Source of the DNA: a virus | Taxonomy: Duplodnaviria > Caudoviricetes | Length of the DNA: 64,000 nucleotides | Virus record (IMG/VR): IMGVR_UViG_641201351_000001 | Location: 1-64,000 of that record | Strand: one strand, 5' to 3' | In this document: one piece after another, positions 27,332 through 35,200 of the stretch | Numbering within the stretch: position 1 is the first letter of the stretch | Layout: the number at the start of each line of letters is the position of its first letter | The notes under the pieces: model-generated | The model's input: the letters and a program-made list of their open reading frames with translations, nothing else | Databases searched by the model: none | Told to the model about the DNA's origin: nothing | Position numbers and translations under genes: made by a program

Positions 27332-29085
27332 TACCAGAAAGACTCTAGGTTGTGGTAATACAAGTAGTAGAAGAACAAGAACCAACTTATTGAGGCTATG
27401 CTAGGATACTCACCTATTTCATATATATCGTCATAACCAACTGCATAAGGAAGTAATTCTTTTAAAATAAAATTTTGGATTTTGTTTTTATCTTCCCTTA
27501 ACTCAAGTTCATTTTTAAAGACTAAATACTTTGCGTAAAGCGCTTGAAAATAGCCTTCAAACCAGAGGAGGTTTTTTGCGCCTGGATAACCAAATTCATT
27601 GGAGTAAGGTTTGTATAAATTTGGTATGAAGGAAGTGTTTGTTGGCCTTATTTTAAAGAATTGGTCTAAATATTGGTAGTTTTTAAATACTTTGTTTATA
27701 TCAAACTCTATTTTATAAAGAAATATCGTGCCCCAGGTATAAATATCTAATGCTCCCGCTGTATCTTGATATCCTTGTGTTAATTTTTCGCCGTCATAAA
27801 TGTTGTTTATGATAGAGTTTTTTATCTGTTCTGCCTTTGTGTTGTAAATAGACTCGTTTGTTATATCATATACGCTTTTTAACGCAAAGTAGCTGTCTAT
27901 GTTGTGTTCTGTACTGTACCATGGTACGACATAGGAAGCGTCAAAGTTATATTGAGCGTCATAAATTCCGTAACCTCCTCTTACTAAACCGTTAGATTGT
28001 ATTTCTCCTATCAAATAATCTGCTATGGATTTTATAAAGTTTTTATTTTCTAATGTTTGAAGTTCAGGAATATATTTGTATGCCTTTGCAAGCGCTTCTA
28101 GAAGCCAAGCTACACTACCGTTTCTTATGTATTCGTCAGAAAAGAATCCGTACGATGGATAACTAAAATTGAAAGAATTTTTTGAGTTAAGAAGGTTTTT
28201 GGAGGAATTAAACATCTTTACAATTAGACTTTTTATATAATCCTTTGAGCTTAACCTAAACTCTGAAACAAATGTTAGTATAGAAAGTGCTAAATCGTAA
28301 ATATATGTTCTTAAAAACGGAAAATCTTTATAGCTTACAGGAAGATAAGTTTTCCAGTATATAAAATCTTCTTCATCGTCTATTTTTATTTTTATCGCTA
28401 ATACTTCTTTTTCGTTTGTTTTACTTATCGAGCCGGAGTAAACGAAGAAATTGTTTTCTAAAGAGAAAGAAGGATATATAGTGTCTACTAGGTATGGTAT
28501 ATCAGTTATTTTGTAAATTTCAACTTTATAATCTACACCAAACGGATAGTAAAGATTGTAATTTACTGGTAAATTCACAAAAAGCTTTGAACCATTGGTT
28601 AGTAAAAATTTGATTACTACATAATTCTCAGAGGGATTTCCGTATATTGGCCCTTCAAATTTCCATGTGTTATAATCATTTATTCCTTCACTTTTAAGTT
28701 TTTCGAATTGAAGATATTCAATATCTGTTCTCACAAATACCTGAACTTTATCTAGGTAGTTATATAAACTATTACTTATCCAGATTTTTACTTGGTTTCC
28801 CAAAAACTGGTAGTCTAGTACTAAGTTGCCTACTTTTACAAGTTTTTTAAATTTCTTATCTACATATATCGTGTAGTTCCAATCGTTTCCAATGCTATTT
28901 ATTTCTATATCGAATGTTGTTTTTTCCTTTGTAAACAAATAGGCGTTCTTATTTTCGGTTAATTTTATTAGTGAATTCAGAAAATAATCTTTTAGCTGTT
29001 CTATAGAAAACGCTCTCTTTTTTAGGATTAATTGAGGGTCTAATTGAGAATTGTCGATTTCTTTAATTAGTTTCTTTAGTTCCAT
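27328..29085 (-). CDS. Beta-rich N-terminus plus (alpha/alpha)6 glycosidase-like domain
   Basis: YIYDLAL, GSVAWL, GLVRGG, YSTEHNIDSY, ALDIYTWG, WFEG, PSIASISW motifs, as in six-hairpin glycosidase-like proteins. Confidence 0.55.
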   Translation of the reverse strand: MELKKLIKEIDNSQLDPQLILKKRAFSIEQLKDYFLNSLIKLTENKNAYLFTKEKTTFDIEINSIGNDWNYTIYVDKKFKKLVKVGNLVLDYQFLGNQVKIWISNSLYNYLDKVQVFVRTDIEYLQFEKLKSEGINDYNTWKFEGPIYGNPSENYVVIKFLLTNGSKLFVNLPVNYNLYYPFGVDYKVEIYKITDIPYLVDTIYPSFSLENNFFVYSGSISKTNEKEVLAIKIKIDDEEDFIYWKTYLPVSYKDFPFLRTYIYDLALSILTFVSEFRLSSKDYIKSLIVKMFNSSKNLLNSKNSFNFSYPSYGFFSDEYIRNGSVAWLLEALAKAYKYIPELQTLENKNFIKSIADYLIGEIQSNGLVRGGYGIYDAQYNFDASYVVPWYSTEHNIDSYFALKSVYDITNESIYNTKAEQIKNSIINNIYDGEKLTQGYQDTAGALDIYTWGTIFLYKIEFDINKVFKNYQYLDQFFKIRPTNTSFIPNLYKPYSNEFGYPGAKNLLWFEGYFQALYAKYLVFKNELELREDKNKIQNFILKELLPYAVGYDDIYEIGEYPSIASISWFLFFYYLYYHNLESFWY

Positions 29086-29089
29086 AATA

Positions 29090-29803
29090 TCAGCTTACAT
29101 ATTTGTTAATGCGATATACATATGGCGTGTGATACTCTGGTTCTTCTGAGATAGCAAATTTAAACTTTGAATTATCGAAATTACTTAGAGTCTTTAGCTC
29201 TCCAACAATCTCTACTTCTCCACTTTCATCTATTGGTTTATGGCGGGAAAAAAGAATCTTAACTATTGGTTCAATTACTTGCAAGCCAGGAAACTCAATT
29301 ATCGTAAACAAAAATTCTTCTAAGCCATTGCCTCCACTTATAAAATTTGCCCCCTCAAAATATTCGGGTTGCAAAAACAAATCTGAAAGTTTTTTGCTCA
29401 ATGAAGGAACTTTTGGGTACTTTATAACTGAATTTTTTATAGAAAAGCTTACATTCCCTATTTTCTTTTTGTTTAAGTATATGTCTATATTTACAGCTTC
29501 TATATACTGTGGTTCAAACTGTAAATATAAAGTTAAAAATTTTTTATTCAAATCGGAAGCTGTAATATTCATTTTTTCTTTAAAAAATAAAGAATTTTCG
29601 CTTATAACCTTGCTTTCAAAGCTTTGGCTAATGTCTTTAAGCGAAGATGCCGAAGGGATATTAAAAAATCTGATATCCTTTGTTCCTAAACTTTTTAAAT
29701 TTGAAACCATCTTTTTTACATTCTCAATAAAGTCCTTATTGAAACCCTGGAAAACCTCTTCCCAATTTATTTTGGTGTTTACTTTTAATATTTTAAGCTC
29801 CAT
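29090..29803 (-). CDS. Hypothetical protein
   Basis: ORF coupled in the operon. ATG 29803 after AAGGGGG is more likely than the ORF-track start at 29845. Confidence 0.55.
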   Translation of the reverse strand: MELKILKVNTKINWEEVFQGFNKDFIENVKKMVSNLKSLGTKDIRFFNIPSASSLKDISQSFESKVISENSLFFKEKMNITASDLNKKFLTLYLQFEPQYIEAVNIDIYLNKKKIGNVSFSIKNSVIKYPKVPSLSKKLSDLFLQPEYFEGANFISGGNGLEEFLFTIIEFPGLQVIEPIVKILFSRHKPIDESGEVEIVGELKTLSNFDNSKFKFAISEEPEYHTPYVYRINKYVS

Positions 29804-29817
29804 ATGCCCCCTTAAAG

Positions 29818-30315
29818 TTATTGTTGCATTTTTACACAGAAGCAATTAATGTTGAAAACAGAATAGGTGTCTTCAAAGGACGTGGATACTGGAACCTGAT
29901 TTCCTTTAATGAATACTTTTAATGAAACATCATCTCCAGATAAAAAGCACAAAGCACCAACACCAGATTTTGTAGGAGTAAAAGTTAGAACCTTTGTTTG
30001 TTCATCAAATACCATAGTGCAGTCATCAGTTTTTTCGTATATTGCAAAAATTACATCATCTACACCAGGCACAGGAAAAAAGGACAAAGATTCTTCATTA
30101 GCTTGTATGCTTACACTTTTTGCTAAGTATTTTTGTGTTGAGATTAGATAAGCTTCGATAACTAAATTTAAAACGCTGGAAGTTTGGTTTTTTATCTTTA
30201 CCGAAATACCCTTTTTGTTTTGTTCGAAGGTTACCTTAAATAGTTCTGATGAACAGGTGCAATTAGAAAAGTCTATAGTAAATTGTGTCATTGTGTTGGC
30301 AAGTGTTACAGGCAC
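29818..30315 (-). CDS. Hypothetical beta-rich, Cys-containing protein (possibly structural)
   Basis: 165 aa; leaderless TACAAT-6-GTG. Confidence 0.6.
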   Translation of the reverse strand: MPVTLANTMTQFTIDFSNCTCSSELFKVTFEQNKKGISVKIKNQTSSVLNLVIEAYLISTQKYLAKSVSIQANEESLSFFPVPGVDDVIFAIYEKTDDCTMVFDEQTKVLTFTPTKSGVGALCFLSGDDVSLKVFIKGNQVPVSTSFEDTYSVFNINCFCVKMQQ

Positions 30316-30350
30316 GGTTTAATTGTATACAATGGAAAAGGCTTTTTCAC

Positions 30351-30386
30351 TTGACACGAAAGAGCTGAGGTGCTACCATGAGTAGC
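30351..30386 (+). promoter_or_regulatory. Leaderless promoter TTGACA-17-(TGC)TACCAT-7-ATG
   Basis: -35 at 30351-30356, -10 at 30374-30379, ATG at 30387. Confidence 0.75.
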
Positions 30387-32498
30387 ATGGACAAAGACCT
30401 TTTGGGATACAAAAAAATTGTTGGAATTGATATAGAAACTTGGGATGGAAAAAAAGGAGGTTCACTTGATCCTTACTCAGGAAAAATAGCGTTAGTTCAG
30501 ATTGCCTATGACAGAAATAACATTGTTTTATACAGACCTTGGGAAAAGAATTTTGAGGAAGCATTGAAGGTACTTAGCGATAAAGATGTTTTAAAAGTTG
30601 GACACAACTTAAAATTTGATTTAAAGTTTTTCTACATGAACAACATATATCCAGAACCAATATTTGATACGATGATTGCATCACAAATGATTTATGCTGG
30701 GTTAGATGAACCAGATGAAATTTCTGAAGTTTTAGAAGCACTTAAAGACGATTTGACTACAGAAGAAGTAGCTATATTTGATGTGTTTGGCAAGAAAAGA
30801 ACAAAAGCTACCAAGTTTTCTCACAGTCTGCAGGCTGTCTTAAAGAGAGAACTAAACATTTTCTTACCAAAAGATGTTCAAAACAGCAATTGGGGAGGTG
30901 AGCTTAGTGAAGCCCAAAAGGAATATGCAATTAACGATGTTAAATATCTTAAAGATTTGTCAATAGAGTTATGGAAAAAAATAAAGGCATTGAACATTGA
31001 AAATGTGTTTATGTTAGAAATGAAGTTTTTGCCTGTGTTAGTAATGTTAGAGTTAACAGGGGTGAAAATTGATAAAGAAGGTTGGAAGAAAAAAATGGAA
31101 AAAGAAAATCAAGAGCTTTTAGAGCTAGAAAAAGAACTTAAAAAGGAAATATATGAAAAATTTGTTTCTAAACAAAGTGAAAAAATGATGGTCGGATTGT
31201 TTGAAGATGCAGAATATGAAAAAATAAATCTAAACTCACCTTTACAAATGGCAAAAATTTTTGGATTGCCAAATGTTTCTAAGCTAACCCTTGAGAAAAT
31301 TGAAGATCCGACAATAAAAAAGTATGTGGAATACAAAAAGAAAGCAAAGTTAGTAACAACCTACTCAAAAGAATACTTAGAAAAACTAACAGAAAACAAT
31401 AGGTTAATGTCCGATTACTCACAAACGAAGACTGCAACTGGAAGAATTAGTTCTAGTAACCCCAACCTCCAAAATGTTCCCTCTTGGTTTAAGAGATACA
31501 TAACAGCAGAAGAAGGATATGTTCCTGTTTTTGCTGATTATTCTCAAGTTGAGCTGAGAATCTTAGCTTATCTATCTGGAGATGAGGCCATGATTGACAG
31601 CTGTAATTCTAAAGACATGCACAGCGAAAATGCTAGAAAGATTTACAAAATTCCCCCAGATCAACCTGTTCCACCAGAACTAAGGAAGAAAGCAAAAACA
31701 GTTTCATTCGCCATTCCTTATGGTTCCTCAGCTTATGGGTTGGTTGTGCGTGGCATGTTCTCTAGTTTGGCGGAAGCAGAGGAAGCTATTGAAGGTTTTT
31801 TCAATAGCTTTCCTAAAGTTAAAGAGTTTCTAGAAAAAAGCGCAAAGAGTGCGCAAAACGGCATTACTAGAGATGCGTTGGGTAGAGTAAGAAACTACAA
31901 GAAAATCTATATTAGCGAAGATGAAAAAGGAGCTTTAAAGATACTTATGTTTAGATTACCTTCTGGAATTTCTAAAGATGAGTTTATAAAGGAGGTTTTA
32001 GAGAAAAATAGCTTTAAAGACGCTGCAAAAATTTTTGGAATGGATGAACAAATGCTACAGCTAGCAATTTCTGCTTACGAAAAAACAAAGAAATTGGCTA
32101 AGATTGCGAGAGAAGGACAAAATCACCCGATTCAAGCTACTTCTGCATCAATTACAAAAACAGCTATGGTTGATCTCTTAGAATACCTGTCAATGACAGG
32201 GTATGGATATATGACTTTAACAGTTCATGACAGCATTTTCTTTGAAATCAAGAAAGAATTTATTTTTGATGCACTTCCAAAAATAAAAGAAATAATGGAA
32301 CAAGCTGGTCCAAAAGTTGTTCCCGGAATTATAACTCCAGTTGATGTTGAGGTAGGAGAGAAAATATCGGTATATTGCAATTCTTGCGGTAAAGAAAACG
32401 AGATTAATAGATACATGGTAAATCTAAATGAGAAGATAATTGTTGATTTTACTAAGGATCCTTATATTTGCGATGAATGCTTTAACAGGGTTATTTAA
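30387..32498 (+). CDS. polA: Family A DNA polymerase with 3'-5' exonuclease, no 5' nuclease
   Basis: DIET, GHNLKFD, YAINDV; TATGRISSSNPNLQN, ADYSQVELR, KAKTVSFAIPYG, NHPIQ, VHDS. Confidence 0.95.
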   Translation: MDKDLLGYKKIVGIDIETWDGKKGGSLDPYSGKIALVQIAYDRNNIVLYRPWEKNFEEALKVLSDKDVLKVGHNLKFDLKFFYMNNIYPEPIFDTMIASQMIYAGLDEPDEISEVLEALKDDLTTEEVAIFDVFGKKRTKATKFSHSLQAVLKRELNIFLPKDVQNSNWGGELSEAQKEYAINDVKYLKDLSIELWKKIKALNIENVFMLEMKFLPVLVMLELTGVKIDKEGWKKKMEKENQELLELEKELKKEIYEKFVSKQSEKMMVGLFEDAEYEKINLNSPLQMAKIFGLPNVSKLTLEKIEDPTIKKYVEYKKKAKLVTTYSKEYLEKLTENNRLMSDYSQTKTATGRISSSNPNLQNVPSWFKRYITAEEGYVPVFADYSQVELRILAYLSGDEAMIDSCNSKDMHSENARKIYKIPPDQPVPPELRKKAKTVSFAIPYGSSAYGLVVRGMFSSLAEAEEAIEGFFNSFPKVKEFLEKSAKSAQNGITRDALGRVRNYKKIYISEDEKGALKILMFRLPSGISKDEFIKEVLEKNSFKDAAKIFGMDEQMLQLAISAYEKTKKLAKIAREGQNHPIQATSASITKTAMVDLLEYLSMTGYGYMTLTVHDSIFFEIKKEFIFDALPKIKEIMEQAGPKVVPGIITPVDVEVGEKISVYCNSCGKENEINRYMVNLNEKIIVDFTKDPYICDECFNRVI

Positions 32499-32781
32499 AA
32501 TAGTTTCTTAACCAAAAATTCCAGAAGGGCATTAGGGATATTTCAAACGATGCTACTATAAAAACTTCTAACAAATCCAATTTTCTGCCAATCAAGTCTT
32601 CAAATAGATTAGATATAATCCACAGAAATCCAGCTACTCCCCAAGAAATATCACGAAAACTCGGCTTTTGTTTAATTATGAAGCTTCCTATTAACACTAC
32701 TAGTGAAAATGTAGCCCAGGAAGTTATTATCATTCCCAAGAAATTAACAAAGAGCCTCACTATGTCGCTATTTAGTTCCAT
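32491..32781 (-). CDS. Membrane protein (about 3 TM), possible lysis accessory
   Basis: Three hydrophobic segments; coupled to holin-like genes. Confidence 0.55.
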   Translation of the reverse strand: MELNSDIVRLFVNFLGMIITSWATFSLVVLIGSFIIKQKPSFRDISWGVAGFLWIISNLFEDLIGRKLDLLEVFIVASFEISLMPFWNFWLRNYFK

Positions 32782-33034
32782 TGTCGTTCTTTACCCCCGT
32801 CCTATCTTTTTTATCATCATCGTTCTCTTTTTCGTTGACATTATAGGAATTTCCTTTTAATCTGTGTGCGAGTTCACCTATACCTAATAGGGCACCCCAG
32901 GCTGAGCCTATTAAAAATGCCCAACCTTGAGGTATATCCTCTCCCGTTAATAAACTGCGTATTAAGAGTGCTAGTGCAGTAACGGAGGTAATTGTTAATA
33001 AAGTTATTCTTATTATAGTGTTTTCTTGATTCAT
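32768..33034 (-). CDS. Holin-like membrane protein (2 TM, charged C-tail)
   Basis: Two TM helices followed by a hydrophilic tail. Confidence 0.5.
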   Translation of the reverse strand: MNQENTIIRITLLTITSVTALALLIRSLLTGEDIPQGWAFLIGSAWGALLGIGELAHRLKGNSYNVNEKENDDDKKDRTGVKNDNGTK

Positions 33035-33318
33035 TTTTGCTTTTCATTTTCCCACGCATTCTTAAGGTTCAAGAAGGAAACTACAGCATCAATAAGACCA
33101 GAAACAAAATTAACAATTTCCTTTTGCTTTTCCTCGCTTAATGAAGTTATGTTTAGCGCTTCATCAAGAAGATCCATTGCAATTCTCTTCTTTTCTTTCC
33201 CGTCTTTTTCTTTATATAGACTTTCTACCTTTTGGACCACTTTTATAACTGTAGGGAGGTATTGAACAACTAGGTTTAGGAATGAGATTATTTTTAATAT
33301 AGCTACCATGATTACCAC
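33031..33318 (-). CDS. Holin-like protein (LL-H-like)
   Basis: N-terminal hydrophobic segment, DGKEKKRIA..., LIDAVVSFLN pattern. Confidence 0.45.
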   Translation of the reverse strand: MVIMVAILKIISFLNLVVQYLPTVIKVVQKVESLYKEKDGKEKKRIAMDLLDEALNITSLSEEKQKEIVNFVSGLIDAVVSFLNLKNAWENEKQK

Positions 33319-33371
33319 CTTTATTTATTTTATTTAAATGTAGAGAAGAGTTTTATTTTTCCCGGTGCGTA

Positions 33372-33400
33372 TTGACAGCTATGCTGTTTTATGGTAATAT
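33372..33400 (+). promoter_or_regulatory. Promoter TTGACA-17-(TGG)TAATAT
   Basis: -35 at 33372-33377, -10 at 33395-33400; AAGGGAG SD precedes ATG 33417. Confidence 0.7.
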
Positions 33401-33416
33401 TGAACAAGGGAGAAAC

Positions 33417-33746
33417 ATGCTAGGAGCAGTTTACATACTAGAAAAGAGGGGAAGGGGTTTTTACAAGGTTATAGAGAAGGTGGTTAATGAGTTTGTCAAT
33501 GATTCTGATTTAGAGAGTTTAACAATTAGTTTGGCGAATGATGTTTTTGCAAAAAATGGAGCAATTGGTAAAGTTGAACCAACAAATGAATTTTTTATGA
33601 GCGGTTCTGTAGAAATCGATGGAAAAAAATTTAAAACGAGAAGAGTAAAAACTTATAGAGTAAAGATAAATCACTCAAAACTGACAAAAGATGCGGAATT
33701 TTTTGTTGAATCTGTTATTTTAAGTGAGAATGGACAAGTGGCATAA
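33417..33746 (+). CDS. Hypothetical protein
   Basis: Start corrected to ATG 33417 using the SD and promoter. Confidence 0.6.
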   Translation: MLGAVYILEKRGRGFYKVIEKVVNEFVNDSDLESLTISLANDVFAKNGAIGKVEPTNEFFMSGSVEIDGKKFKTRRVKTYRVKINHSKLTKDAEFFVESVILSENGQVA

Positions 33747-34158
33747 AAGATTCATTGAATTAGCAAAAACAATTGCTCAATATTCGAAGGATCCAAGAAC
33801 AAAAGTAGGTGCTGTAATTGTTGATAATGAAAGAAGAATTGTTTCTATGGGATATAATGGCTTCCCAAGAAAAGTTTTGGATTTAGAAGAAAGATTAAAT
33901 AACAGAAAAGAAAAACTCAAATATGTTGTTCATGCAGAGTTGAATGCTATTTTAAATGCTAAAAGAGATATAGAGGGAACAACAATTTATGTTTATCCTT
34001 ATTTTCCTTGCAATGAGTGTGCCAAAGCAATAATTCAGTCTGGTATAAAGAAGGTAATAACTACGGGAATAGTAGATGATAATTGGAAAGAATCAGTTGA
34101 AGCCTCAAAAAACATGTTTAATGAAGCTGGTATAATTGTGGAAATCTTTCAAGAATAA
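33724..34158 (+). CDS. dCMP deaminase
   Basis: SKDPRTKVGAVIV, GYNG, HAELNA, PCNEC. Confidence 0.93.
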   Translation: MRMDKWHKRFIELAKTIAQYSKDPRTKVGAVIVDNERRIVSMGYNGFPRKVLDLEERLNNRKEKLKYVVHAELNAILNAKRDIEGTTIYVYPYFPCNECAKAIIQSGIKKVITTGIVDDNWKESVEASKNMFNEAGIIVEIFQE

Positions 34159-34187
34159 GATTTATTTTGTTTATTTAAAATAAGTGT

Positions 34188-34616
34188 ATGTATATTGATG
34201 TTATAAAATTAATCTTGCTTATAGTTTCTTTTACAAATGGTAAACCAGCTACAGAGGATATCGCTTGGCAAGTAGCTTTTAAATTTACACTACCAGAAAA
34301 TACGCCAATAGTTGAAGTTTCATTTGATTATGTGCCTATTTACTTTTCTTCTTTAAACGGAAATCTTTGCGGAATATCTTATGGAGCGTTTGTGATTATT
34401 GATCCAAACAATAAAGAAAAAGGTTGTGAAAATACATTGGAACACGAATTGGCGCATATTTGGCAATATAGGTCTTATGGGTTTATATTACCCATAACAT
34501 ATCCATTTATGAAAGACTTTTGGGAAACTGATGAACCATGGCACAAAATACCAGAAACACACAGAGTTTTAAACTTTCCCCTTATAAGATTTTATATACC
34601 GTTAACTTTTCCGTGA
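34188..34616 (+). CDS. HExxH metallopeptidase-like protein with N-terminal hydrophobic segment
   Basis: TLEHELAHIWQY; leaderless TAAAAT-6-ATG. Confidence 0.55.
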   Translation: MYIDVIKLILLIVSFTNGKPATEDIAWQVAFKFTLPENTPIVEVSFDYVPIYFSSLNGNLCGISYGAFVIIDPNNKEKGCENTLEHELAHIWQYRSYGFILPITYPFMKDFWETDEPWHKIPETHRVLNFPLIRFYIPLTFP

Positions 34617-34630
34617 TAACATAAAAACAA

Positions 34631-35155
34631 ATGAAGGATACTTTCAACATCTACATAGACGTAGCCTTAAGAAAATCTGGTGTTTTAATAACAAAAGGCA
34701 AACAACCGATAGAGCATTTTTTAATTAAGTATGACAAAGAATTTAATGTAGAAAACTTTGAAGCTATTGTTGCACACAAAAAATTTATAAAAAAGACATT
34801 TCAAAAAATAAAAGAAAAGTATAAAAAGTTTGATAAGGCATTTTTAGAAGCAGATGTTCTTGGTTATAGAAAAGGGGGTTTTAAGAATAAGGAATTAATG
34901 ACAATAGTAAGAATGAATTATAGCTTTTCTTTAAGTGAAGTTTTAGTTAAACCAAAAAATATTCACTTTATAACAGCGTCTGTATGGAAAAGAAAACTAC
35001 TAGGAAATGCCGCTTTAAAAAAAGCAGAGTACAAAGAAAGGTTGGTAAAATTGATTGAAAAGGAATTGCACATAGAAATTAGTGATATCAAAAGTATGGA
35101 TATATTGGATGCATACGGCATTTTCCTGTATTTCTTTAAATCAAATGTTGTGTAG
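34631..35155 (+). CDS. RuvC-like Holliday junction resolvase
   Basis: IDVALRKSGV, FLEAD, ASVWKRKLLG..KK, DILDAYGI. Confidence 0.75.
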   Translation: MKDTFNIYIDVALRKSGVLITKGKQPIEHFLIKYDKEFNVENFEAIVAHKKFIKKTFQKIKEKYKKFDKAFLEADVLGYRKGGFKNKELMTIVRMNYSFSLSEVLVKPKNIHFITASVWKRKLLGNAALKKAEYKERLVKLIEKELHIEISDIKSMDILDAYGIFLYFFKSNVV

Positions 35156-35164
35156 ACTCAAGCG

Positions 35165-35200
35165 TTGACTTCTTTCTCTTCTTGTGTTATCATAGAAGCC
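35165..35200 (+). promoter_or_regulatory. Leaderless promoter TTGACT-17-(TGT)TATCAT-7-ATG
   Basis: -35 at 35165-35170, -10 at 35188-35193, ATG at 35201. Confidence 0.75.

Noticed and set aside
29328-30151. Plus-strand ORFs (173, 80 aa)
   Set aside because: Antisense to a coupled minus-strand operon; F/S/I-rich composition typical of shadow frames.
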